From contig JBDQKM010000001.1 of assembly GCA_040263275.1 (NCBI GenBank), positions 1 to 62,099 of the forward strand: a stretch of 62,099 nucleotides of DNA. The letters run 5' to 3'. The first letter of the stretch is position 1; each line of letters begins with the position of its first letter. This stretch comes from Acidimicrobiales bacterium (GTDB lineage: Bacteria > Actinomycetota > Acidimicrobiia > Acidimicrobiales > Aldehydirespiratoraceae). The translations under genes and the position numbers were made by a program. Of the stretch, positions 40,478-49,307 are shown piece after piece. Under the pieces are notes generated by a model. The model saw nothing but the letters and a program-made list of their open reading frames with translations. It was not told the origin of the DNA and did not search any database.

Positions 40478-41592
40478 GCTCACTGATCCCCGAACGTGTG
40501 TCCAAGCTGCTCGACCGGTGTGCCCGGGAGGTCGACGAGGGGCGGATACCCGGCTGTCAGGTCGCCGTCGGCTTCGAAGGCGAGGTCGTGGTCTTCGAGG
40601 CGTTCGGTGATCTCACGACCGACCACCGGCTCCACACGTACTCGGCGATCAAGCCCACGGTGGCGCTCACGGTCCTCGAACTCGCGGCCGAGGGCTTGCT
40701 CGATCTCGAGGCGCCGGTGTCATCAGTGCTTCCCGGCTTCGCGGCCAACGGGAAACACACGATCACGCTGTCGCAGGTGCTCCTGCATGCCGGCGGCTTC
40801 CCGCACGCCCCCCTCGGCGTCGACGACTTCGGCGATCGGACCCGACGTCTGGCCCGCTACGAGTCGTGGCGAACCACCTGGGAGCCGGGGACGGCATTCG
40901 AGTACCACGCCTCCGCCGCCCACTGGGTGCTGGCCGACTGCATCACCGAGGTGACCGGCCGTCACCATGCCGACGTGGTGACCGAACGGGTGATGGAACC
41001 CGCCGGCTGCGGCCGCTGGCTGGGCATCGCGCCCGAGGACCAGCACGACATCGCCGACGTGGTGTCGGTCGGCGAGGCCCCCGACCTCGAGGCGATGGCA
41101 CAGCAGTTCGGCATCGAGGAGATGCCGACCACGGAGGTCACCGACGACGCCCTGCTCGGGTTCAACGATCCGGCCGTGCGGGCCGCGGGTCACCCGGGCG
41201 GAGGCGGCATCGCGTCCGCCGCAGACCTCGCCAGGTGGTACCAGGCGGTGCTCCACGACGACGGTGGGTTCCTGCACCCCGAGGTGAAGCGCGACGCGCT
41301 CGAGGTCGTACGCCAGAACCACACCGACTGGCTGGGGGTGGCCGCCAACCGCACCCACGCCTTCACCCTCGGCGGCGACGACGGTCAGATCGTGATGCGT
41401 GGCTATGGCCACACGACCGGACCGGCGACGTTCGGACACGGCGGCGCGAAGGGTCAGCGGGCGTGGGCCGACCCCGACACCGGCATCTCTCTCGGATTCA
41501 TGACGCACGGGCTCGACCGCGATGATCTCGTCACCGCTCGTCGCGGCGCCGGCGTGTCCTCGGCGGCCGGAGCCCTCACCACGCCGATCTAG
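40474..41592 (+). CDS. beta-lactamase-fold serine hydrolase
   Basis: 372 aa from the ATG at 40474. SxxK motif (YSAIKP), a YHAS (YxN-like) motif, and HGG near the C-terminus. Its start overlaps the mftF stop (ATGA). Confidence 0.8.
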   Translation: MSSLIPERVSKLLDRCAREVDEGRIPGCQVAVGFEGEVVVFEAFGDLTTDHRLHTYSAIKPTVALTVLELAAEGLLDLEAPVSSVLPGFAANGKHTITLSQVLLHAGGFPHAPLGVDDFGDRTRRLARYESWRTTWEPGTAFEYHASAAHWVLADCITEVTGRHHADVVTERVMEPAGCGRWLGIAPEDQHDIADVVSVGEAPDLEAMAQQFGIEEMPTTEVTDDALLGFNDPAVRAAGHPGGGGIASAADLARWYQAVLHDDGGFLHPEVKRDALEVVRQNHTDWLGVAANRTHAFTLGGDDGQIVMRGYGHTTGPATFGHGGAKGQRAWADPDTGISLGFMTHGLDRDDLVTARRGAGVSSAAGALTTPI

Positions 41593-42770
41593 GACCCGGT
41601 CCGGACGGGGCCGACGCGGGCGTCCCGTTCGATCGCGAGCCACAGCGCGCCCATCGCGACGGTGGTGAGCAACACGACCGGTGCGGCGACTCCCGCGTCA
41701 GTCCGTTCGGCCAGCACTCCGATGGCGGCGGGAAACGCCGTGAACCCGATCGCCGTCGCGCCGATCTGGTACCCGACGGCCTTCGAGGTTCGGGCCTCGC
41801 CGAGGTACACCGCGGTCCGGCCCATCACCACGGGGAACATCGCAGAGAAGGCGAACCCGGCGACGGGCAGCGCCAGCCCGCCCGCGTCGCCCGGGTCGAG
41901 CCACAGGAAGGCCACGGCCAGCGCCGCGGCGACGGTCGAAGCCCGGAGCGTCCGTTCCGGGTGGAGTCGGTGTCCGACGATCGCGAGCACGAATCGGCCG
42001 CCCATGAGCCCTCCCCAGTACGCCGCCGTCAATGCTCCGGCCGCGAGGTCGGAGTAGCCGCGGGCTTCGGTGAGCAGCGTGTAGCTCCAACTGCCGATGG
42101 CGACCTCGGCACCGACATAGACGGCGAACCACGCGATCATCAGGCCCTGGAGCCGGGTGGAACCGGTGAGGTCGGCGTCCTGGTCGACGATCTCGGGCGT
42201 GGTCGTCGCTGCGGCGAAGCCGGCGTGGTTGCGGGCCACGACGATCACGGCGAGGGCGGTGACGGCGACGCACACCACATAGGGAGCGCGCCAGCCGGTG
42301 CCGTCGGCGATCAGCGCGGTGGCCAGGATCGGCCCGGCGAAAGCCCCCACCCCGTACGAGGCGTGGAGCATGCCCATGGTCCGTGGCCCCTGGGTCAGCG
42401 CCATCCAACCGTTGACGCCGGCATCGGCGAGTCCCCATCCCGTGCCCAGGCCCAGATAGCCGAGGGCCACGATCCACCAGCCGGGAGCGGCGGCGACGAG
42501 GGCGAGCGCCGCCACGGCGCCGGCCATCGATGTGGTGAGGAGGACTCCCATCGGGAACCGTTCGACGAGATGCCCCGACGCGGCTCCGCCGGTTGCGTAG
42601 CCCACCGCCGTCGCGACGATCAGCCAACCGAGGCTGGCGTCGCCACGGCCGAAGTCGTCGCGCAGGTTCGGCCAGACCGTGCCGAAGACCCCGTCCGGCA
42701 CGCCGAAGACCACATAGAGCACGAAGGCGGCGAGCACCGAACGACGGATCGCCGTGGATGACTGCATCAT
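41589..42770 (-). CDS. MFS transporter
   Basis: 393 aa from the ATG at 42770 (MMQSSTAIRR...), with about 12 hydrophobic segments. Confidence 0.8.
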   Translation of the reverse strand: MMQSSTAIRRSVLAAFVLYVVFGVPDGVFGTVWPNLRDDFGRGDASLGWLIVATAVGYATGGAASGHLVERFPMGVLLTTSMAGAVAALALVAAAPGWWIVALGYLGLGTGWGLADAGVNGWMALTQGPRTMGMLHASYGVGAFAGPILATALIADGTGWRAPYVVCVAVTALAVIVVARNHAGFAAATTTPEIVDQDADLTGSTRLQGLMIAWFAVYVGAEVAIGSWSYTLLTEARGYSDLAAGALTAAYWGGLMGGRFVLAIVGHRLHPERTLRASTVAAALAVAFLWLDPGDAGGLALPVAGFAFSAMFPVVMGRTAVYLGEARTSKAVGYQIGATAIGFTAFPAAIGVLAERTDAGVAAPVVLLTTVAMGALWLAIERDARVGPVRTGS

Positions 42771-42783
42771 GTCGAAGGGCTGG

Positions 42784-43563
42784 TCAGCGACCGCGCTCGG
42801 CGAGGTACCGGGCGGCCACGGCGCGGCTCTCGTCGTCGTGCATCGCCACGACGAACTGGTCGGCGTCGGACCACGCACCGGCGGTCGACACCAGCGCTTC
42901 GGCAGCCGCGTCGACGGCGTCGAGGGTCGCTCGCAGCGTGTAGACCGACTTCCCGGCGAGGTCCTCGGCGAGCGCCGCGGCCTCGTCGTCGAGGTCGCCG
43001 TCGGCCACGATCCGGGAGACGATGCCTCGCGAATGCGCCTCGTCGGCGGTGAACGGCCGGCACGACAGCACGAGGTCACGGGTCGCCGCCGCGCCGATCT
43101 CGCGGACCAGCCGGGGGATACCGCCCCACGTGAGGGGGATGCCCAGGTCGACCTCGGGGATCACGAACCTGGTCGAGGCGGCCGCCAGCCGGAGGTCGCA
43201 CGCCATGGCCAACAGCACGCCGCCCCCGATGCAGTGACCGTGCACCGCGGCGATCGTCACCGCCCGCATGCGTTCGATCGCCTCCACCATCAGACGCCCG
43301 GCATCGGCTCCGTCCCGTGCCGATCGGTCGCCCGCCCCCGAGAAGCCGGCGAGATCGGCGCCGGCGCAGAACGCTCGGCCGGCCCCCGACACGACGACGA
43401 CGCGTACCTCGGGACGGGCATCGAACCAGGACGCCGCCTCGGCGAGTTCGTCCAGGCATCCGGTCGACAACGGGTTGAGCTTCTCGGGTCGGTTCAGTGT
43501 GAGACGGCCGACGCGATCGACGGCGGCGACGGTGAGCGTCTCGAAATCGGGAGTGTGGTCCAT
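42784..43563 (-). CDS. enoyl-CoA hydratase/isomerase family protein
   Basis: 259 aa from the ATG at 43563 (MDHTPDFETLTVAAVDRVGRLTLNRPEKLNPL...GAGRAFCAGADL). Confidence 0.85.
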   Translation of the reverse strand: MDHTPDFETLTVAAVDRVGRLTLNRPEKLNPLSTGCLDELAEAASWFDARPEVRVVVVSGAGRAFCAGADLAGFSGAGDRSARDGADAGRLMVEAIERMRAVTIAAVHGHCIGGGVLLAMACDLRLAAASTRFVIPEVDLGIPLTWGGIPRLVREIGAAATRDLVLSCRPFTADEAHSRGIVSRIVADGDLDDEAAALAEDLAGKSVYTLRATLDAVDAAAEALVSTAGAWSDADQFVVAMHDDESRAVAARYLAERGR

Positions 43564-43677
43564 ACGCGACGATGCCACGCCCCTGAGAGGAGCGTGGCAC
43601 CGACGCATGCGACTGGCGAGTCGCGGCTCGCCACCTCGACCCTCCCGGCTGGAAGGGTCAGGACATGATCCGGGATC

Positions 43678-45003
43678 TCAGGCTATCCGCAGGGTCTCCT
43701 CGGCGTCGGCGTCGATCACTTCGTCGGCCGCGGTCGGCTCGAGGATCGACAGGTCGCCGGTGATCGCTTCGACGCGGGCCCAGTCGGTCACATCGGCGTC
43801 CTCGGTGAGGAAGACGATCTGCTGCTTCTCGCTCGAACGGACGAGCATCTCCAGCAGCGGTGCCTTCAGCTCGGCGTCGAGCCCGTTGAGCGAGTCGTCG
43901 AGGACCAGGGGAAGGTTCTCGCCGCCGGGACCGATGCCCCGGACCTCTTCCAGCTTGAGCATGAGGGCGTGAGCCAGGGCGGCGACCTGGTCGTTCTCGG
44001 TGTCGATCGGCAGCGGGCCCGTCTTGAGCGCATCGACGTCCTTGTTGCGCTGCGACGCCTCTTCGATCTCTGCGCGGTGTTCGTAGGCCCAGTCGACGAC
44101 GATGTCGCCGGCGTGCTCGAACCACTCGGCCAGTGCTGCCTCGTGGTCGGCGCCGGCCTGGATGAGGCGTTGACGGGTGGCCTGGCTGTCGAGGAGCCCG
44201 TTGACCCGCTGCAGATGGAAACCGAGGTACGACTGGGCGCCCGCCTCGGCCAGCGCGTCCTCCTCTTCCTTGCGGGCCCGCTCCATGCGCTGGTTCTGCA
44301 TGAACGACAGGGCCGTCACCGAGGCGGCGAGGATCAGAAGGGCCATCGCGAGCGTCCGACTGATCCACATCACCGACGGGACGGCGAGGATTGCTGCAGC
44401 CGCGCCGACGAAGAAGGAGACCTTGCGTACCTGCTCGGCTCGGGCCTGGGCTTCCTCGAAGTTGGCGTGGCGTTCCTCGATGCGGGCCACCACGGACGCG
44501 TCCTCGGGGGCGGACCCGGAGGCGTCCGCCTCTTCGTTGAGGATCTGTTGCGCGGCGGTCACCCGATCGGCCAGCCCCCACAGTCGTGCGGGTTCGACGG
44601 CCGCGAGCCGACGGATGATCTGGTCGTGATGGGTGCTGGTGGTGAGGTCGGTCGACGTCAGCCGCAGGCGGCGCTTCGCCGAGTGTGCATCGAGACCGGC
44701 GACCCGCAAGAGGTCGATCTCGCCGTCCGCGTCGGCGAACCGGGTGCTCACGTCGGCCGAGGCCTCCACGTCGATGACGCGGGCGCGGGCTCCGAACGGC
44801 CGGAAGACCGCGAAACGGTTGCCGTTGTCGGCGACGATCTCGGCGTGTACCCCCGCCCGACTCGAACTCAACGAGCCGACGAGCTCGGTGATGAGCCCCT
44901 CTCGCTCGAGCCGACCCACACCGCCGATGACGGTGAGTCGGGGATGGAACTCCAACGAGAAGGTGTTCTCGTCGGCCTCAATGACAAGCCGGTCGAATCG
45001 CAT
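43678..45003 (-). CDS. membrane-anchored SMC/YhaN-like ATPase homolog with degenerate P-loop
   Basis: 441 aa from the ATG at 45003 (MRFDRLVIEADENTFSLEFHPRLTVIGGVGRLEREG...). Coiled-coil-like regions flank two central TM helices. C-terminal Walker-B-like LPLVLDDSLNGLD. The GK(S/T) of Walker A is replaced by RLE. Confidence 0.55.
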   Translation of the reverse strand: MRFDRLVIEADENTFSLEFHPRLTVIGGVGRLEREGLITELVGSLSSSRAGVHAEIVADNGNRFAVFRPFGARARVIDVEASADVSTRFADADGEIDLLRVAGLDAHSAKRRLRLTSTDLTTSTHHDQIIRRLAAVEPARLWGLADRVTAAQQILNEEADASGSAPEDASVVARIEERHANFEEAQARAEQVRKVSFFVGAAAAILAVPSVMWISRTLAMALLILAASVTALSFMQNQRMERARKEEEDALAEAGAQSYLGFHLQRVNGLLDSQATRQRLIQAGADHEAALAEWFEHAGDIVVDWAYEHRAEIEEASQRNKDVDALKTGPLPIDTENDQVAALAHALMLKLEEVRGIGPGGENLPLVLDDSLNGLDAELKAPLLEMLVRSSEKQQIVFLTEDADVTDWARVEAITGDLSILEPTAADEVIDADAEETLRIA

Positions 45004-45166
45004 GCTTGTCCTACGGCGCGCCGGAGGCCCGACTTGAGCCTTTCGACCCAATCGGCTGGTCCGTTCCGACCATGCGGCAGTTTTGACGGGCAAGCGGGTT
45101 GGAGGCGGGGCAGTACCGTGGCATCATTGCCGACGCTTCCTCGGGTCGTTTCTCCCGTGGTCGCAA

Positions 45167-45242
45167 GCTCCCTTAGCTCAGTCGGCAGAGCGTCTCCATG
45201 GTAAGGAGAAGGTCGTCAGTTCAATTCTGACAGGGAGCTCCA
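45167..45242 (+). tRNA. tRNA-Thr (anticodon GGT), CCA encoded
   Basis: GCTCCCTTAGCTCAGTCGGCAGAGCGTCTCCATGGTAAGGAGAAGGTCGTCAGTTCAATTCTGACAGGGAGCTCCA, with anticodon loop ATGGTAA. Confidence 0.9.
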
Positions 45243-45267
45243 CGGATCGGTTCGCCGGTCCGAGGTT

Positions 45268-45341
45268 GGCGACGTAGCTCAGCTGGTGAGAGCGCTCGAC
45301 TCATAATCGAGAGGTCGACAGTTCGACTCTGTCCGTCGCTA
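45268..45341 (+). tRNA. tRNA-Met, elongator type (anticodon CAT)
   Basis: GGCGACGTAGCTCAGCTGGTGAGAGCGCTCGACTCATAATCGAGAGGTCGACAGTTCGACTCTGTCCGTCGCTA. The anticodon stem lacks the three G-C pairs of initiator tRNAs. A tRNA-Ile(CAU, lysidine) identity cannot be excluded from sequence alone. Confidence 0.8.
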
Positions 45342-45455
45342 CGCATGGTCGAGGTTCCTCCCGCGTCCGAACCCGCTCGCCGGGGGCTGCGGATCGTCAC
45401 CGATCCGACACGTAACCTCGGCGCGCCGAGCGGGTCGAATCACTCGGCCGCGTCC

Positions 45456-46013
45456 ATGGACGATCTCGTGCAATGGGCCGTGGCCGGCGAGCGTGAGGCG
45501 TTCGACGAGATGGTCCGCCGGACCCATCGCGATGCCTACGGACTGGCGCTGCGCCTGACCAGCGACGAGGAGGATGCGAGAGACGTGGTGCAAGACGCCT
45601 ACCTCCGTGCCTACCGCAGCATCGACCGGTTCCGGGGCGACGCCCAGTTCTCGACCTGGCTCTACCGCATCGTGGCGAACTGTGCGGCCACCACCACGGG
45701 CAAGCGGCGTCGGCATCGCCACGACGAACTGCCCGACGAGGCGCTCATGGTCGATGCCCGTCCCGAGAACGATCCGGCCGCCCAGGCTGCCGTGGGCGAT
45801 CTCCGCCAGCAGGTCGACGATGCCATCCGTGAGCTCCCTCCTCGCCTTCGTTCGGTCGTCGTGCTGCGCGATGTCTACGACCTCCCCCATGATGCGATCG
45901 CCGAAGAGCTCGGCATCTCGGTGAGCGCGGCCAAGGTCCGACTGCACCGGGCCCGTCGCCGACTACGCGAACGGGTGTTCCCACTTCCGGGAGAGGCGCG
46001 GCATGCGATCTGA
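45456..46013 (+). CDS. ECF (group IV) RNA polymerase sigma factor
   Basis: 185 aa from the ATG at 45456. Region 2 (DVVQDAYLRAYRSIDRFRGDAQFSTWLYRIVAN) and region 4 (VVVLRDVYDLPHDAIAEELGISVSAAKVRLHRARRRL). The track start at 45345 would abut the tRNA. Confidence 0.88.
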   Translation: MDDLVQWAVAGEREAFDEMVRRTHRDAYGLALRLTSDEEDARDVVQDAYLRAYRSIDRFRGDAQFSTWLYRIVANCAATTTGKRRRHRHDELPDEALMVDARPENDPAAQAAVGDLRQQVDDAIRELPPRLRSVVVLRDVYDLPHDAIAEELGISVSAAKVRLHRARRRLRERVFPLPGEARHAI

Positions 46014-46365
46014 TCTGTCCTGCGACGACGTCCTCGACGCCCTTTCCGGCGCCGACGACGAGTTCGCCACCGGCGAGGTCATGGACGAGGCCTCCCGGAC
46101 CCACGTGGGCCAGTGCCTTCGTTGTCAAGCCGAGGTCGCCAACCATCGCCGGCTCCGTCGTGTCCTGCGTTCCCTGGCCGATTCGCCGGTGCCGGTCGAC
46201 CCGACACTCGAGCACGAGATCCTCCTCACCCTCGACGAGTTCGACGGCCGGCAGAGCCGTCGGGTACCCGGCTACGCCGCAGCAACGCTCGGCGGTCTGG
46301 CGGCCGCGGCCGGCGTGATCGCGTTGGCCACCCGCCAGCGGCGAGGCGCACGGTTGGTCGGCTGA
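46003..46365 (+). CDS. membrane anti-sigma factor (ZAS-type HxxxCxxC)
   Basis: 120 aa. Overlaps the sigma gene by 11 nt. HVGQCLRCQ zinc-binding motif and a C-terminal TM helix (AAATLGGLAAAAGVIALA). Confidence 0.8.
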   Translation: MRSDLSCDDVLDALSGADDEFATGEVMDEASRTHVGQCLRCQAEVANHRRLRRVLRSLADSPVPVDPTLEHEILLTLDEFDGRQSRRVPGYAAATLGGLAAAAGVIALATRQRRGARLVG

Positions 46366-46423
46366 CCCCACCACGCGGGGGTAATTATTCGGAAGGCCAG
46401 TGATATCGTTGTCCACCGTTCTC

Positions 46424-46496
46424 AGGGGCGTGGCTCAATTGGTAGAGCATCGGTCTCCAAAACCGAAGGTTGCAGGTTCAAGTCCTGTCGCCCCTG
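46424..46496 (+). tRNA. tRNA-Trp (anticodon CCA)
   Basis: AGGGGCGTGGCTCAATTGGTAGAGCATCGGTCTCCAAAACCGAAGGTTGCAGGTTCAAGTCCTGTCGCCCCTG. Sits in the conserved position upstream of secE-nusG. Confidence 0.9.
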
Positions 46497-46554
46497 CATG
46501 ACGGTGCCGTCACACGGTGGCGCCGCTCGTTGATCTGATCCAAGGATTTCTCTC

Positions 46555-46854
46555 ATGTCGATGAACCGGCAGCAGAAGCGAATGCTGCAGAAGCAAGGCG
46601 AAGTCGATGCCGACGGCCAGCCGGTTCGCGCGCGACGTCAGCCGCCCGGCGGTGCAGCGCCCCAGGAGCGCACCAGTCCGGTGCAGTTCCTGCGTGAGGT
46701 GCGGGGCGAGCTGCGCAAGGTCGCATGGCCGTCGCGCTCCGAGACGATCAACTACTCGATCGTCGTCCTGTTCACCATCGTGGTGCTGGGCGCGATCATC
46801 TACGGCCTCGATTGGCTGTTCTCCACCTTCATCCTCGAGCTCTTCGAGGCCTGA
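46555..46854 (+). CDS. secE: preprotein translocase subunit SecE
   Basis: 99 aa. Basic N-terminus, FLREVRGELRKVAWPSRSE, then a single TM helix. Confidence 0.9.
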   Translation: MSMNRQQKRMLQKQGEVDADGQPVRARRQPPGGAAPQERTSPVQFLREVRGELRKVAWPSRSETINYSIVVLFTIVVLGAIIYGLDWLFSTFILELFEA

Positions 46855-46859
46855 TTCCC

Positions 46860-47669
46860 ATGACGGACGATGCAGACATGAGCGACGAGAACATGAACGA
46901 AGAGACCGACGGTGACGCGGCCGAGGCCGTGATCGCCGAGGCAGAGGAGATCGTGGCCGAGGCCGCCGAGCAGGTCGAGGCCACCGACGACGCTGCGCCC
47001 ATCGGCGCCGGCCTCGCCAACGAGTGGACCGGTGCGGCCACCGACGCACCGGCGGCCGACGTGGTCGTCGACGAGGACGAGCTCCTCGAAGAGGAATACG
47101 TCGAGGCCTACGTCTCGCCCTACGACCGACCGGGCCGGTGGTTCGTGCTCCACACCCAGTCGGGCTACGAGAAGAAGGTCAAGCAGAACCTCGAGGCCCG
47201 AATCGCCTCGATGAACATGGAGGAGCGCATCTACGAGGTGGTCATCCCCACTCGTGAGATCCCCGAGTTCAAGAACGGCAAGAAGGTCATGACCGAGAAG
47301 AAGCTCTTCCCGGGCTACCTCCTCTGTCGCACTTCGCTCGACGACGACGCCTGGTACGTGATCCGCAACACCCCGGGCGTGACCGGCTTCGTCAACCAGG
47401 GTGGCAAGCCCTCGCCCATGCGCCGCAAGGACGTCGAGAACTTCCTCGGCGTCGAGGCCGACCGCACCCAGGAAGCCACCAAGAAGTCCAAGCCGATGTT
47501 CGAGTACGACATGGGCGAGACCGTGCGGGTCAAGGAAGGTCCGTTCGCCGACTTCTCCGGTGAGATCATCGAGATCAACGAGGATCAGCTCAAGGTCAAG
47601 GTGCTCGTCAACATCTTCGGGCGTGAGACCCCGGTCGAACTCGAGTTCGCCCAGGTGGCCCGTCTCTGA
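46860..47669 (+). CDS. nusG: transcription termination/antitermination factor NusG
   Basis: 269 aa from the ATG at 46860. Acidic N-terminal extension, NGN domain (WFVLHTQSGYEKKV), and KOW domain (GETVRVKEGPFADFSGEI). Confidence 0.92.
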   Translation: MTDDADMSDENMNEETDGDAAEAVIAEAEEIVAEAAEQVEATDDAAPIGAGLANEWTGAATDAPAADVVVDEDELLEEEYVEAYVSPYDRPGRWFVLHTQSGYEKKVKQNLEARIASMNMEERIYEVVIPTREIPEFKNGKKVMTEKKLFPGYLLCRTSLDDDAWYVIRNTPGVTGFVNQGGKPSPMRRKDVENFLGVEADRTQEATKKSKPMFEYDMGETVRVKEGPFADFSGEIIEINEDQLKVKVLVNIFGRETPVELEFAQVARL

Positions 47670-47759
47670 TTCCCCTCCCGCGCGGGTTGTCGCGCGGGTC
47701 CCCTCCGTCCAGACTTACAGGTCCCTTCTTTCGCGGGACCCTCTCTTTAGGAAATCCTC

Positions 47760-48194
47760 ATGGCCAAGAAGCAGGTCGCTGCAACCGTCAGAATCCAGAT
47801 CCCGGCCGGTCAGGCCTCCCCGGCGCCGCCGGTGGGCACCGCCCTCGGTCCGCACGGTGTCGCGATCATGGACTTCTGCAAGGACTACAACGCGAAGACC
47901 GAGGACCAGCGAGGCCAGATCGTTCCGGCCGAGATCACGATCTACGAAGACCGTTCCTTCTCGTTCATCCTCAAGACCCCTCCCACCGCCTTCCTGATCA
48001 AGAAGGCCGCCGGGCTCGACCTGGCCGCCAACCACCCCGGTCGCGAGACCGCCGGGTCGATCACCGATGCGCAGGTCGAGGAGATCGCCACCATCAAGAT
48101 GCCCGACCTCAACGCCATCGACATGGCGGGCGCCAAGCTCCAGGTCGCCGGCACCGCCCGCTCGATGGGTATCGAAGTCGTCGGCAACGCCTGA
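47760..48194 (+). CDS. rplK: 50S ribosomal protein L11
   Basis: 144 aa, [34 protein letters not shown].... Confidence 0.95.
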   Translation: MAKKQVAATVRIQIPAGQASPAPPVGTALGPHGVAIMDFCKDYNAKTEDQRGQIVPAEITIYEDRSFSFILKTPPTAFLIKKAAGLDLAANHPGRETAGSITDAQVEEIATIKMPDLNAIDMAGAKLQVAGTARSMGIEVVGNA

Positions 48195-48324
48195 CGGCGG
48201 CAACGCCTGCGGCGTTGCTCGGAGTTCGGCTGGCGCCGAACTCCCCATTCGCTGGATCGAGATTCGATCCACCTGCTGACACCGGAACACCTCGCCGGGT
48301 CGCAGTACACAGAGGGAGCCACAC

Positions 48325-49020
48325 ATGGCGCAGAGCAAGCAGTACCGAGACAACGCCCAGAAGTACGACCGAGATCGCCTGCACTCCGACGAGGAGGCCG
48401 TGGCGATCGTCAAGTCGTTGGGCACCAAGAAGTTCGACGAGACCGTCGACGCGGTGATCCGCCTCGGTGTCGACCCGCGCAAGGCGGATCAGATGATCCG
48501 GGCCACCGTGGCGTTGCCCGCGGGCACCGGCAAGGACGTGCGCATCGCCGTCTTCGCGCAGGGTGAGGCCGCCCAGGCGGCCCGTGACGCCGGCGCCGAT
48601 CACGTCGGTGGCGACGATCTCGCTGCCGAGGTCGAGAAGGGCATGACCGACTTCGACCTGGCGATCGCGACGCCCGACATGATGCCGACGGTCGGCAAGC
48701 TGGGCCGTGTCCTCGGTCCTCGCGGCCTGATGCCCAACCCGAAGACCGGCACGGTCACGCCCGACGTCGCCAAGGCGATCGGCGAGTTCAAGGGTGGCAT
48801 GGTCGAATACCGCACCGACCGGTTCGCCAATGTCCATGTGCCGATCGGCAAGGCGTCCTTCGACGAGTCGGCGTTGCTGACCAACCTTCGTGCGCTCATC
48901 ACCGAGCTCGAGCGGGTGCGCCCTGCGTCGGCCAAGGGTGACTACATGCGCAAGGTCGTGCTCAGCACGACGATGGGTCCCGGCGTGCGCGTCGACCCGA
49001 AGCGGATCGTCACCTCCTGA
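48325..49020 (+). CDS. rplA: 50S ribosomal protein L1
   Basis: 231 aa. [23 protein letters not shown]...[16 protein letters not shown]. Confidence 0.95.
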   Translation: MAQSKQYRDNAQKYDRDRLHSDEEAVAIVKSLGTKKFDETVDAVIRLGVDPRKADQMIRATVALPAGTGKDVRIAVFAQGEAAQAARDAGADHVGGDDLAAEVEKGMTDFDLAIATPDMMPTVGKLGRVLGPRGLMPNPKTGTVTPDVAKAIGEFKGGMVEYRTDRFANVHVPIGKASFDESALLTNLRALITELERVRPASAKGDYMRKVVLSTTMGPGVRVDPKRIVTS

Positions 49021-49307
49021 CCGGAGGAAGTCACCGATCGGCGCTCTACGATGATCGCCACAACTGAGATCTTTGTTCACCGAAGACATCCGGTGCGCTC
49101 CGCGGGGAGCACCAATGGGCCAGCAGGCTCGCCGGACGAGGAGAGCTTCCTGACTGCCACAGTCTCTTGTGGTTCGCCTGGGCGTTCGCCGAAATCGGTG
49201 GGCGCCCAGTTCGCATTTTCGGATGGGAACGTGAACCAGGAACCAACGTTTCGGCGGGGTTCCGCGAGTCCGGCCACATGTGCCGGAATGAAGAGGAGGT
49301 GACAGAT
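49021..49307 (+). promoter_or_regulatory. long untranslated rplJ leader (candidate L10(L12)n autoregulatory leader)
   Basis: A 287-nt gap of visibly lower GC than the flanking genes. The track ORFs inside it have poor codon bias. The position matches the known L10 leader, but the structure was not verified here. Confidence 0.4.

Noticed and set aside
45345-45455. ATG at 45345 as the start of the ECF sigma factor
   Set aside because: It lies 3 nt after the end of tRNA-Met, and the added 37 residues carry no sigma-factor features. The ATG at 45456 gives a normal region-2 spacing.
46381-46423. AT-rich patch upstream of tRNA-Trp as a defined promoter
   Set aside because: A TATCGT -10-like hexamer is present, but no acceptable -35 lies at 16-19 nt. 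This is too weak to call.
49051-49302. Track ORFs inside the rplA-rplJ gap (49051..49302 on the plus strand, 49077..49277 on the minus strand, and the 5' part of 49167..50054)
   Set aside because: Codon bias is poor, GC is lower and there is no SD. The region sits where the untranslated L10 leader is expected. rplJ starts at the ATG at 49308 behind GAGGAGG.
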